Assembly (NCBI RefSeq): GCF_009914755.1
Contig: NC_060934.1
DNA from: the human T2T-CHM13v2.0 reference genome, Homo sapiens
Reading direction: 5' to 3' (one strand)
Length of the DNA stretch: 64,000 bases
In this document: positions 24,691 through 38,350 of the stretch, in pieces
Layout of the letters: every line of letters starts with the position of its first letter
Position numbering within the stretch: the stretch's first letter is position 1
Position numbers and translations under genes: made by a program
The notes under the pieces: model-generated
What the model saw: only the letters and a program-made list of their open reading frames with translations
Databases searched by the model: none
Told to the model about the DNA's origin: nothing

Positions 24691-27600
24691 TTTGAAATAA
24701 AAAAGTGTAAGTTCCATGACTTGGTTTATCTTTTTCAAACCTGTTTGGCTGTTCTAGGTCCTTTGCATACTCACATACATTTTAACATCTCCTTGTTAAT
24801 TTCTGCAAAAAAAAAAAAAAAAGCCTGAAGTGAATTTTATATGGATTGCATTGAATTTAAATTTTTAAAATATTTTTATCTTATTGATGCTATTATATTT
24901 GAAATTGTTTTTATAATTTCATCTTTGACTATTCATTGCATGTAGAAATAAACTACTGAATTTTGTATTTTGACACTGTAACTTTGCTGAATATATTTAT
25001 TAGTTCTAGTAAGTGCATTAAGAATTCCTCAGGATTTTCTACTTACAAGATCATGCTATCTATGAATAAAGTCAGTTCTACTTCTTACCTTTCATCCTGA
25101 GTTCCATTTCTTCTCTTTATTGCATAGGCTACAACGTCTACTATGAGGTTGAATCAAAATGGAAAGAAAGGACATCCTTGCCTTTTTTTCCAACCTTAGA
25201 GGAAATGCAGTCTTTCACTAGGTTAGATGTAGATTTTTCATAGATGACTTTCTAAGAGTACCATTCTATTCTATCATTATTTGTTGAAAAATTTTATTAT
25301 TTTGGCTTTGTCTCATTTTTTAATCTGTTGAGATAATTATGTAATATTGCCTTTTAGCTTATTAATATTGTAAATTATGTTAATTGATATTTTTATATTA
25401 AATCAAGCTTCTATTCCTGGGATAAACCTCATTTCTTTATGGTGTATAATCCCATTTATCTATAGCTGGATTTGGTTGCTAATACTTTGTTGAGAATTTT
25501 TGTATTTGTATTCCTGAAGGATATTGGTCTATAGTTTTCCTTTCTTACAATGTCTTTTACTCTGGTATATAACACAAATACTGTCCCCTTAGAATGAGTT
25601 GGGCATATTCCCTTTCCTTCTGTTTTTCCCTTTTTTTTCAACTTACACTTCTTGTGGATGAGTTGTGAAGGAGTACCATTATTTCTTTTCTATTTCATAG
25701 ATTTTTCCAGTGAACACATCAAACATGGAATTTTGTGTGTGGGAAGATTTGTGATTATTGATTCAAATTCTTTGCACATTATATGTCTATTCAGATTGTG
25801 TATTTTATCTTGAGTCATTTTTGATAATTTCTATATTTCTAAGAATTTGTCTATTTCAACTAAGATGCCTAATTTGTTGGCATAAATTTAATAGTGTCCA
25901 TTAATAATACTTCTAATTTTTATAGGATTAGTAGTGATGTCCTCTATTTTATGAATGATTTTTAAAACATGTGTTTTCTTAGTTTATTTTTTGGTGAATC
26001 TATCCAAAGATTTGTCATTTCTTTTTATACTTTTGGTCCTCATTTGCTACTTTGTCTTATGTTAAATAGATATTTTATGTTGTATCATTTTAATTTGTTT
26101 GTTGTTTTATTTTATTGCATCCTTTAATTAATGTATTTATTGTTTTCAAAAGTATCAGGTTGGTAAAAAATTTTGCATATTTTTAAGTTATTTTCTTAGT
26201 ATTCTTAGTATTGCTCTAGGAATTACAATATACACTGTCTCTTTTCACAGTTAATTTCAGATTAGTACTTAATTTCATTAAAATACAAAATATTTGCCTC
26301 AATATAACTCAATTTCTTATCCCTTCTTTGTGCTATATTTACATGCATATGACATATTTTATAGCATATGAAATCTTTATACAATTTCATACTTATTGTT
26401 ACATGTGATCATCTATTAAATCAGTTAAGAAAAAGGGAAAAATATATATTTACACAGGTTTTATATTTGCCTATATAATTGTGTTTTCTAGTGATCTCTA
26501 TTTATTCATGTGAATTGGAGATAATATCTGCTTTGACTTCTTTTTAGCCTGAAAGACTATTATTTCTCCTAAGGAAGGTCTACTAGGAATACATGCTATC
26601 AGTTTTTGTTTTTCAGAAAATGTCTTTGTCACCTTCACTTTTGAAAGGTAGTTTTTATGGATGTGTATGTGTGTATCTTGGTTGAATTTTTTTCTTTTGG
26701 CACTTTGAATATGTCATCCATTGTTTTCTGCCCTCCATTGTCACTGATGAGAAGTCAGCTGTTAATCACATTGTTGTTGTCTGTGTGTGATGAGCCTTTT
26801 GTTTTTCTTCTATTGCTTCATTTAATATTTTATCTTTGTCTTTGTCTTTCAATAGTTTGAATATAATGTCTAAGTATGTATCTCTTAATTTATCCAACTT
26901 GCGTTTCCTTGAAATTCTTGAGTGCAAAAAATAAATATTTTGCAACTAATTTGGGAAGTTTAAAGCCATTTTATTTTCAAGTAATTTTTCTGTCTCATTC
27001 CTACTCTTCTTTTTCTGGGACTCTCCTTGCACATATGCTAATAAATTTGATGTTGTTTCACAGGTCTCTGAGGTTCAATCCTTTTTTCCTCATATTCTTT
27101 ACTTACTCTTCTTCAGATTGTATAATTTCTATTGATCTATTTTTAAGTTCACTGTTTGTTTCTTCACTGTATTTTTCTCATGATAAATTTTCTCTAATAC
27201 ACTTTAAAAATTTAAGTTATAATATATTTTAACTCCAAAATTTCCACTGAATTCTTTTTCTGAAATCTCTAACTCCTTATTGATATTCTCCCACTCATTA
27301 TTGTCATATGTTTTTAAAAATTCTTTAGTCATGATTTTCTTAAGTTTTTGAAACATATGTAGTAATCATTTGTATCTGCTAGGCACAGTATCTGCTCTCC
27401 ATCGGAGATACTTTTTATTGATTGAATTTTTCCTATGTATGAGTTACACTTGTTACTTTCTTGTTACTTGACATGTCTCATACATTATTTTGTGGAAAAC
27501 CAGGCATCTTGTTAGATAATATATTAAAGAAATCATTGATTCTGGTTTTCCTACAAGGCTTTTTTTTACTGTTCTGTTCTGTTCTGTTCTGTTCTGTTCT

Positions 27601-28330
27601 TTTTGTTTGTTTCTTTTTCTGTGACCTGCCTGGTCTCATTCTCCTGTCTGTTACTCCACAGTGTACAGCTCCCGAGATACCTGCTCATTCTAATTTTTTC
27701 CTGTTTTTATTTTTAAGCATAGCTTCCTAAAGCTCACACCTAAGTCAGCATATATTAATAAAGAGCCACTGGCTGGCCAGGTGTTTTGCCCTGAAACCTT
27801 GAGCTGGTAAGTCTTTCCGCATTTGTTTGCAATGAATATATGCTATGCAATATATTCAAAGTTTTAAAAGTTTACAGATATACCTCAGTTTTGTTTTGTT
27901 TTCCCCCGGGCCTCCTCATGTCTCCTCTGCATGTATGGAAGACTTCACATTTATCCAAGGGAGTATAAACAGAGAGGGCTGTCATTCTATCCTGTGCATA
28001 TAAACAGTCTTGCAAGTGAATACTGCCTTCTAGTCTGCCAGGACTATGTCAGAACTTGAGAAGGCATACTATGGCTATCTCAATCCTCTGATTTCCTTGT
28101 TAAATTTATGGTTTGTCTGTCAATCTTGCTTAACTCAACTAATATTGCAACTTTAGGTTGCAATGTTGGCCTCACCTATTCTTTTGCCATTGAGATCACC
28201 ACTGTTTCATACCCAGAAACATAGCATATTGCTGACTCTGCTCCAAAGGAAGTCAACCTTCAAAAACATATCTGCTGTTTTTCGCAGCTTTCCTGGCCCT
28301 GGTAAAACTACCACACCTATAAACCTGTCA
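24691..28330 (-). mobile_element. Old L1M ORF2-ORF1-5' region
   Basis: ORF2 antisense (25456-25641 gives RKENYRPISFRNTNTKILNKVLA); ORF1 antisense 'tcactgatgagaagtcagctgttaatc'; (GTTCT)n at ~27569-27600. Confidence 0.8.
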
Positions 28331-30186
28331 GAACAGCAATATGAAACTATTATTTCATTTGCTTCATGCATCAGTGTTGTGGTATGTGAAACTATTTTGT
28401 GTTTCTTTGAGATTTATGTTTTTTTAATTTAATTTAATTTTTAATTTTGTTATCTAGAAAGTTCCTTCAGGCTTATTCTACAGTTGTTTAAATTTCCCAA
28501 TGTGAGGTTACATTTTTCTTTACCCTGCTTATCATTCAGTGAGGGCTGTCAATTTAAAGATCTTTTTTGGGCAGGGGAGCCATCTATGAAATATTTTACT
28601 GATTATTTATTTCCTTCCTGTGTCTCTAGTCTTTCCTTCTGGAACTTCTAATAAATGGATGTAGAACACCATGTTTTTCCATTTTTTTAATTTAAGGTTT
28701 CCAGATTCTCCAATTTGCTCTTCAGTGGTGTTTTTGCTATATATTCTATTATTAATTTTTTAATCTATACAATTAGTATTTTTAAGTGACTATTTGGTTA
28801 ATGATAAGATAGATTTATGACACAGTATCATTTCTTAAAGATCTGTTATTGAAAGCCTCTTTATTATTGTATTAAATCTGCTTGTTAGGATTGATGATGG
28901 CTCTTTTTAATTCTATAAGTTTTTCTCAGGTGTTTTCTAGTCCTTTGTATGGGTTGTCATCTGTGTTTCTAGATCCCTGTAAGCATTTGTGTGAATGCTA
29001 TAATTTAATATTGCCACCCTCCTTTATGCCACCAACCATGGAGAAGCAGTAGAAGGCAGTAATCAGCAATGCTCAGAAATACTTATTTTCAGTAGATAGT
29101 GATGACCATACCACCTGGAATTTCCAGCCTTCCAGGGCACTGCACTGTCTTTCAGGCCTCACATCTTCATTTTCTCTGATTGTCTGGTACAGATGCTTCT
29201 GATACCCTGAGCTTTGCACAAAAGGCATGAAAGGCAAGAGATCAAGTAGCCTCAACAAGCAGATGTGATATCGTAACCACCCAGCCCTGAGTAGTTTCAT
29301 GATTCCTTTCTGGCCCCTGTGATCCTTCCATTTCTTCACTTGCAAAGCCTTGACTGCCTTTGTATTCTTTTTAGCTAATTCTTCCTTGAGTCCGTTACAG
29401 GCTATTTTTTTCTTTAATAGAATCTTATCTGCCTACTGTTTTTTGAGTAATTCTCACAATATCTGGTGTATTAAGGTCACACTTTCTGTTCCACTACACC
29501 CTTCCAAAGACTGTCATAGATTTAATATTAAAAGCTTTTTTGTTGATTCTATCTGTGCTACCTGCCAATTTTAATTATGCTAATGAACCACTTACTATTG
29601 TATAATGATTTTTTTTCACAATATTGCATAGTCTTGCCTTTTTTTGCCCATTGTGAAACCACCAAAACCTAGCACATTGGAAGTTAATAAATGTTGAATG
29701 AGTGAAATATTTCTTAGAACAATTAATTTTAGAGTCTAAGTAATTTTAATATATATGTAGTTTAATATTTTATAATTAAAAATTTAACACTTTTGAAAAT
29801 ATCATTTGTTTCTTAAATTTTAGTATAATAATGCTTCAGTCCACACTATCTCTCTGTCTTGCCCTCTAATCAAATCTTACTTATTTGTTTGCTGCTCACA
29901 ATTGCCTCTGCAGGATGTAAACAGTGGCAGTTCTTACGGCTGGCTTGGGATGGAGGCAGCTTTAGCCACTGGATTGTACTTATCAGTGGCCCCATCAAAA
30001 AAAGCACTCCCAAAACAGGCAATGTAAATAAAAATTAGTCCTGCTTCACATCCTTCTTGAGCTGTGTAATGGAAGAAGTGTTACCTGAGTTGTCGTTATC
30101 GGCCCTTGGTGCTTTATGGTTCTGAATAACCCTTCCTCTATGGACTGAGGCTGATGCCTTTAACCTTCAGAAGCAGTGGCTACAGC

Positions 30187-30742
30187 AGCAGTAGTTAATT
30201 TTATAGGTTTACATGGGTATCACAGGGTGCCCAGATTAAATATCCTTTCTCAGTGTATCTGTGATGGTGTTTCCCAAAGGGAATGAGCATTTGAATTGGT
30301 AGACCCAGGAAAGCAGATTGCCCTCCCCAGCGTGGAATGGCATCATCCAATTCATTGAAGGCCTACATAGAACAAAAGGTGGAAGAGGGAGGAGTTTGCC
30401 CCTTTTTCTCTGCCTCTCTGCTTGAGCTGGAACATCTCATATCATCTCATCTTACCCTCAGATTGTCTCCTTTGGTTCTTAAGCCTTGAGACTCAGACTG
30501 AATCACACCACCGGCTTTTCTGGGTCTGCAGCTTGCAGATAGAAGACTGTGGGACTTCTCAGTCTATAATCATGTGAGCCAATTAGTGTAATAAGTCTTC
30601 TCTTATCTATAAATAATATATAATCATTATATATAATATAGTATGTAGTATATATGATATATATATATAATATATAGTGATATATAATTACATGTTAAAT
30701 ATATTTTTAATTGGTCCTGTTCCTCTGGAGAACCCTAATACA
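30187..30742 (+). mobile_element. MLT2 (C/D-like) solo LTR with internal TA-rich tract
   Basis: 'gttaattttat...gggtgcccagattaaa...aagcagattgccctcccc...ttcctctggagaaccctaataca'. Confidence 0.88.
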
Positions 30743-31291
30743 CCCATTATGGAAAGCAAGTTGACACACACTCCCTGTGGGCCTTCCTTATGTCCCATAT
30801 GGTCGCTGGGGCCATGCAGATAGAGGGGAGGAGACAAACATGATTTCTGTTCTCATATTGCACACACACCTCAGAGTAATAGAAGAAGCAGGCCTAAAAG
30901 GGCAAAATCAAGATTGAATTCAAAAACATGTATATATATATGAAGAAAAAAGGAAATGACATCGTGATAAGTGTTAAGTCAGAGGAAATTTCTGAGACAT
31001 TATCCCTAACTTATTCAGAATACAAAGCAGATACAGAGTGGAAGACACATGTACATGAAGAATTATGAATGTACAGAATATTTCAGTAAAATGGCAGCAT
31101 CTTACTTAACATAGGGAGACACTTGAAGTTATATAAGAATGTACTATGCTTTACACTATTGTGTCTTCTAGACACTAGTGTAAAAAATATGGTATATGAT
31201 CTCTAGTATAAATACTATGGTATATAGTCTTCAAGAATTTACTTGATTTTTAAAAGTAGCGTCAGTGGTACTAGTAATATTGACAGCAAGG

Positions 31292-31293
<2 letters not shown>

Positions 31294-31335
<42 letters not shown>

Positions 31336-31734
31336 AAATTGGCTCACACAGTTGTGGAAACTGACAGGTCCCATAATCTGCAGGTGGTAAGCTGGAGACT
31401 CAGGAGAGTAGTTGCTATAGTTCCAGTCTAGGTCTAAATACCTGAGAACTCAACAGCCTATGATGTGAGTTCTAATCCAAGGGCAGGAGAAGACTGACAG
31501 CCTGCCTCAATCAGTTAGGCAGAGGAAATGAGTAAATTCTCCCTTCTTCAGCCTTTGTGTTCTATTTGTGACCTGACCAAACTGGATGATGCCCACCCAC
31601 ACCGGGGAGTGCCCTCTGCTTCACTCAGGCCACCAATTCCAATGCTAAGCTCACTAAGAACACCCTCAAAGACACCCAGAAATAATGTTTAGTCAAATCT
31701 GGCTAGACATTGACACATAAAATTAATTATCACA
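31294..31734 (-). mobile_element. MLT2 LTR, 3'-truncated, beginning at a (GT)19 microsatellite (31294-31331)
   Basis: 'aattggctcacacagttgtgga...aagctggagactcagg...ttgacacataaaattaattatcaca'. Confidence 0.85.
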
Positions 31735-32221
31735 GAGTGCTCAATTGACACATAAAATTAATCATCATGGGTGCTTGCATCTTGGGCCATTGCTCCTCTA
31801 AGCTCCTCCTCAACCCCATCACACACTAGGGCTCCTGGGAAGCCAGACCCGACAGCTTTTCACTCACATATGTCCCCACACTGCAAGAGCGCTGACCTTA
31901 CCTAGTACCCCACACCCACCCTCACAGGATCCACAGCAACCAACAAAGCAACAGAAAACCAACAAACACCCACCAACATTCCCTCTTTTACATACACCCA
32001 CTCTACTGATAGGGCTGTTTAAAAATAACAAATACATATGTCCTTTATCACTTATAATTCAAGTCCACTTAATAACAATGCTGTGTTTAAATAATATTTA
32101 GCTACATTTTCCAGATGAAGAGTAGCATTCAGAGAAGATAAATAGATTCCCCAAGTTCACACAGCAATATAGTGACTTAGGTCTGGTGTCCCATGAGTTT
32201 CCAATATCAACACATCATGCT

Positions 32222-32400
32222 CTAATGATGTATCAATGTAGCCTCATCAATTATCACAAATGAACCACTCTTCTGGGGAATGTTGATGATGGAGGAGGCT
32301 GTGTGTGTGTGGCACTGGGAATATATGAAAAATCTCTGTATCTTCCACTCAATTTTGCTTTGGACCTAAAACTACTCTAAAAAATAAAGTATATTTAAAA
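32222..32400 (+). mobile_element. L1MC/MD-type 3' end
   Basis: 'gatgtatcaatgtagcctcatcaatt...aatctctgtatcttccactcaattttgc...ctaaaactactctaaaaaataaag'. Confidence 0.8.
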
Positions 32401-33259
32401 GAATTACCCTCTGAAATATTGGGCAAATTCTAAGGTCTTGCTCAGGGGGCAGATCAAGGGCTGGTTCCCCACATCCTTCCCCTTAGCTATCTCATCACCA
32501 GCTTCTATGATTTCTATGGGTGATCTGGGTTGGGCATCTTAACTTTCTGGCTTCTAGAGGAAACAGAAATTCATGGGACTGTGCTGAATTTCTGGCATGG
32601 TTTGAGGTATATTCATGGTTCAGCAAGCATGTTTTAAATGATGTCTGTGATAGACGATTCCCAGTTCTGCACCCTAGAATTTCATGGTGGGTGAGAGTTT
32701 GAATTCCCATTGGTCAGTAGGTATTTTTGCTTATGATTCAATTGAGACACAGCTAGAGTTCTCAACTCCAGAATTCTCCTCTCGATAATATTCCACACAC
32801 ATTCTCATTTTTCTGTCTTATATTAAGCATTTGTCTTTCTGCAACCATCTCATCTGATCTCAAGAAATTACTCTAAGTAATATTTGGAGTTAAAGGAATG
32901 TCTCAAACTTGCTTGTTTCGAATTTTTTTAAAGGGTCAGAGGATTAAAATAATACAATGTTTTTAGATTTAAAAAACTTTAAAGACCAGGCTTACTTAAA
33001 CAAATAAAAATGAAAGATTAAAACAAAATATATTATGTAAACCAAAGATGCAATTGTTTAGTTGTTATTGCTGTTGTTGAGAAAGGCAATTTAGTGGGAT
33101 TAAGAACTGAGTAGAAAATCACAAATGACAGCACAGCTTTGTTTTCTGCATCTGTCTTATTACCTTCCCACACTCTGATTCTAAACCCCATTTGTCTTAA
33201 GGATGTTTTTTAAAGGTTATTTCCCATATCCCACTTCCTAATAACCTTGACTTCGTTCA

Positions 33260-33500
33260 TGAATATTTTTGTACATCTACAAGATGTGTAGCATTGCATC
33301 AGGTGCTCAGGATTCAAATACCTAATTTATTTGTCATCCCAATTCCTATGAAGCAGGTATTTTTTTTTTTTTTCGCGAGAATGCACAGGCTCAGAAAGTC
33401 CAAATGATTTGCCCAGGGTCATGGAGCTAGTAAATAACAGAACAGAATATAAATGTATGACCTACATCAAACCACCGAACCAGACTGACTCTTCAATATA
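33260..33500 (-). mobile_element. MIR SINE
   Basis: 'aggctcagaaagtccaaatgatttgcccagggtcatggagctagtaaataacagaacag'. Confidence 0.75.
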
Positions 33501-33814
33501 TCAGGCTGCTATAGTTCTCAAAATCTACTCACTCCAGTTTTCTCACACACAAAATCTTAAGAAAACTAATGGACAAGAATCCTGGTATGTTTTCTCTTTG
33601 CCCTCATGATATTCACAGCTGATATATTTTTAAGGATCTCAGCTTTAAATATCAAGAGAATATTATATCTTAATTTATCTGATTACAAGTTAAATCCTAT
33701 CTATGAGATACATACACACTAAGTACATTCAATAAGAATATACATCCAATCATCACAGAATGTTCAATATCACTCACTCACACTCAATGAGTTTAATAAA
33801 GCCAAGACCCAGCA

Positions 33815-34010
33815 TATATTAAGCATTTACTCTGAAATATGTCAAGAACTTTTGCATATTTTGCCTCCTTCAAGCTTCCCAACAATGTCATTTATTATTT
33901 ACATTTGACAGATAAGAAAAGTGAACATTAGAAAATTCAAGTCAATGGTGGAGCAAGACACAAACTTCTGAATCTGAGTCTAAGGCCTGTGTCTTTAACT
34001 ACAACATTCA
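33815..34010 (-). mobile_element. MIR SINE
   Basis: 'tattaagcatttactctg...catttgacagataagaaaagtgaa...tctgagtctaaggcctgtgtctttaactac'. Confidence 0.65.
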
Positions 34011-35959
34011 TCTGCCTATAAAAGGAGGAAATCAGGATTTGTAGAGCATGCACACATTTTATTATTGAGCAGGAATAAGAACGAAGGCCTCTATATGCCC
34101 ACCGCAAAGTGTACTCTGCCTTCAGACAGCTTAAGTTCCTAGGTATAGCCTTATGGTTAAGCTGTAGATTGCTAAGACCTAACCTATAATACAGTGCTTC
34201 AAACTGTGCATTTCAGAGTCCTGGCATTTCTACCTACCTCGTGGACTGGTTATCATTTTAGAATGAACCTTTTGCAGTGCTAATTCCTGGGCTAAATAAC
34301 AATAGTAATGATGACAATAATAAAAATATTCAGTGGTGGTGGTGGTGATGATGACAATAATGATGTTATCACTACAGGTTCCATTCCAAGTGGCCTTGTT
34401 TGTCAGAGAATTGAGCAGAAAGCAAATTGGAAATCTGAAATGAAAAGGGTTAACTGGTAAATTGCCATGTGTGAATCTGCTTTGATTTTTGCATTTTCTG
34501 TAAGACAATTTGAATTCTAAATGGCACTCCAACCCAGAGAGTGTGAAATCTGAAACTTGCACTGTGAAAGTCATACAACTGAGCTCTGATAAGTAACCTT
34601 AAATAATTTGAGACTTAATGCACCATTAAGATCATTTCTGTTACCATCTTGTAACAATTGTGTGGCCAATGTTAATAGATAGATTTCCTTTTAGAAAGGC
34701 TGGGGCCTTCCTCCAGCCCTGAATGGCACGCCTGGACTGTGAGATGCCAATGCATATACCATCTAGCCATAGTGGAAGAGTGATTATTCTTAAAAAGTTT
34801 CAATTAAGCTCCTCTTTTGATCTTGTCTAGCTGCCTTGTAAGTTGGTTAGATGGAGACTTCAAACTTTGTGAGCACATGGTAGGGGAGAGGTTTATGTGC
34901 CTGCCTCTTCTTGCTCTCTGTACAAGAACAAGGCTTTATTAGGCTCCTTCTCCATAGCAGATGAATATAAACTCTATGGGATACTTTATAAGCAAAATGG
35001 CCCTGCCTCAGAAAGAAATAATTAATCCTCAGAAGAAAAAAATTATCTCTAAGAAAGGAGATTGAGGCTGAGCATCCCAAAACTAAAGAATCTCAGGGAT
35101 ATGATACCAGGCAGTGAATCAGACATCAAAATATGAACTACTGCCATAGCTGAAAAAAAAAAGGCAGCATGTCTTTTCATAAAGGGATAACTCTTATCTC
35201 CAACTTCATATCACTGCTTTAGAAAAATGGCAGTATGCATGTAATATGAAATGCTTCTTCCACTAGCAAATTTTCAGAGGAGAAAATTTAGTTTGAGTCA
35301 AGACCCAAAACTATGCCTTATAACAGTAAGATTTCACTCAGAAAATTAATATAAAATAATTAATTTAGACTCTGGGACGTAGAAATGTTATGAGTGGCTC
35401 ATTCTGTCCCAGACAAGCCACCACTGATTTTCTGAGCCAGAACATGGGGATCCTATGCCATCCATACATTAGAGCATAGCATGTGGCTGCTGTGGGAAGG
35501 GCACAGACTGACAGAAACCCAGGGCTAGAAGTGCTCCTGAGAGCTTAAACTTTACAGGGGCTCTAAGCATACAGAAAACATCCCCATCATGCTTTTGCCA
35601 GCTTCTACTCATGTTCCTCTGGAATCTGCACTTGCACCAAATATCCCAGATCCAGTACTACCTCTTAAAGCCATACAGATCAAGCCCAATCCTTCTTCTA
35701 CATCTATGAAAGATGCTGTAAAGTTACTTGCACATTTGTCACCTGAGATAAATTTCAATAGTATAAGTTATTATGGTCTGAAGACTCATAGGTGGAAAGT
35801 CCTTTGCTGGGTGCTATTCCAATTTCATTCATTCCTTGACAGCCAGTAAATGAAATGCCTATTCAGCCTTTTCTCCATGCTACTCATCTTGAGTCTTTAA
35901 ATGGGACTATTTTCTAAATGAGCCTCTTTTAGTCATACTAATGTTGTAGGGCATTTTAA

Positions 35960-36270
<311 letters not shown>

Positions 36271-37118
36271 TACAACTTTTGTATGGTTTAATAACAACCC
36301 TGTTGGTTATTACACTTCCCATTTTACATATGAATAAAAAATGCATCACAGTTTAGTAACTTACACCAGTTCACTTAATTGTTTAGCAGGGAGATAAAAT
36401 TTAAAAACATTTTGCCTACTTCCAAAATTCAGAGTCTTCGCACTCTACTATACTATCTCTATCTCTTTTCACAAGAGAGGAGCATACTAAATCTAAAGAA
36501 TAAGATTCAGTAAAATAATAATAATAATAACCCTTTCTCTCTCTCTCAGTCTCTCTGCCTTTGTTTTGGTCTCTAGCTCTGTCTGTCACATGCACACAGA
36601 CAGCACTGGAGCAGTTCAGAAAGAGTAATCTATATGATATGATAAGGGAGATCAAGAGGCTTTCTTTATCCCAAAATATACTCTCAGTAGTGCTGGTGTT
36701 TTGGTTCCTGCAAGTCCCATTACTTTCTCAGGTACTTTTGAATTAGGAATGGTCTCCAAAAGTGCCTTGTTCTTTTGCACATCTGCTCAATAGTTCATTA
36801 ATGTAAGGTCCATTAGAAATGGATTACCATTTGCTCTGCATACTTTCCAGTGGGAGAAAAAGGAAAAAAAAAGGGTCACCAAAGTAAGGATCAGTAAAAC
36901 AAAGCCCAAGACAGGGAATGAAGAAATAAAAAATGAATGACAGCAGTAGTCCTGAGGCATCCATGGGTGCCAGAACATGTGGATCACGGTACTCTGTAGG
37001 ATACCATGAAATGAAATTTACAAATTTTAATCCACCATACAAAGAATAATTTTAGAAGTTTAAAACAAAACCTTTGTTTTTACAGAAAAAATTACAGCCT
37101 CCAACATGGATTGGTTTC

Positions 37119-37472
37119 TGCATTAGTCCCATACCAAAATACCGTAAACTGAGTAGCATATAAAGAACAGAAATTTACTTCTCACAGTTCTGGAGGCTGG
37201 GAAGTCCAAGATCAAGTGCCAGCAGATTCAGTGTCTGTTGCAGATCTCTTTCTGGTTCTAGGTGGTGTCTTCTAGCTTTGTCCTCACATGTAGTAAAGGC
37301 ATGGCAGCTCTCTGAATCTCTTTTATTAGGGCATAAATTCCATTAATGAGAACTCCACGCTTATGAACTAATCAAATCCCAAAGGCTCCCACTTCTTATG
37401 ACCATCACCTTGGTGATTAATTTTCAACATTTGGGTTTTGGAGAGACATAAACATTCAGACAGACCATAGCA
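37119..37472 (-). mobile_element. MLT1A-type MaLR solo LTR
   Basis: 'cagaaatttacttctcacagttctggaggctgggaagtccaagatcaag...gacataaacattcagacagaccatagca'; TSD GTTTC/GTTTA. Confidence 0.9.
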
Positions 37473-37504
37473 GTTTACATTGAAATTCACTTGATATTTT
37501 CCAC

Positions 37505-37895
37505 TTATTTATTCATTCAAATATTTTTGACTATCCTTTCTGTATCAGGCATTGCCCCAGAAGCTGTGAGAACAGTGATGAAAAGGAGTTATGGCACACA
37601 CCCTCATGGAGCTGCTTTTCTTATTCAGCAGCTATGTTAAAATATGGCAGGTGGTGGGAGAGGCTTCCATGGGAAAAATTGCAAGGCACCTAGGATAGTC
37701 CAGGAGGGTTAAATGGCTGTTTTGGAGGAAAAGTTAAGCTCTTGTGGATCAGTAGGAATTATCCAGATGAAGGGAAGGAGAACAAATTTAGGAACTATAG
37801 CAAAGAGTAATATGATTATAGCTCAGAAATTTGTAGAGAAAAGGTGGCACATGAAGCCAGGGAGGGCAGCAGGAAACAGACCATGAAGTACTTCA
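37505..37895 (-). mobile_element. L2 3' fragment
   Basis: 'tattcattcaaatatttttgac...tatcaggcattg...ccctcatggagc'. Confidence 0.65.
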
Positions 37896-37899
37896 ATGA

Positions 37900-38350
37900 C
37901 ATCCATTCAAGACAACAGAAACCACTCTAAATAATCCAAAAGTGACAGAAAGTAATACAGGGAATTTATTTCACTGGAGATGAAGGGCTCTGAACCAAAT
38001 AGCAGACAGAGGGGACCCTAGAGCTTAGCAATAGCAGGCAGATTCTCTGCCTTGTAGGTTGCAGAAGCAAATGGAAAAGGTGATATTACAGGAGTCCCAG
38101 AGCTCAGATCAGGTGATAAAATTAGAAACCACAGCAAAAGCCCTCTTTAGCAAGAGCTGGAACCACACAGCTGCTACCAGAAATGACTCAACAGGCAGGA
38201 AGAGAAAGAGATAAGTACCCTTCCACTACTCTTTAGTCTTAAAGGTATCTCCCATTGGTAAACCCTAGCTGGAAGCCCAGTGTTGAAAGCCTGGGAAATG
38301 CAGTCCTTGAAACGGAGGGTGGGAAGAACAGTGATCTGAGAACAAACACA
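37900..38350 (-). mobile_element. Ancient ERV LTR (LTR78/79-like, family uncertain)
   Basis: 'aacagaaaccactcta...aatacagggaatt...cccattggtaaaccctagctggaagcc...gggaaatgcagtcc'; similar sequence at ~45845. Confidence 0.45.

Noticed and set aside
26657-28432. Hydrophobic F/L/S-rich ORFs resembling membrane proteins
   Set aside because: Translations of the T-rich antisense strand of L1.
34230-34574. 114-aa minus-strand ORF
   Set aside because: Partly low-complexity trinucleotide sequence; no domain and no convincing splice context.
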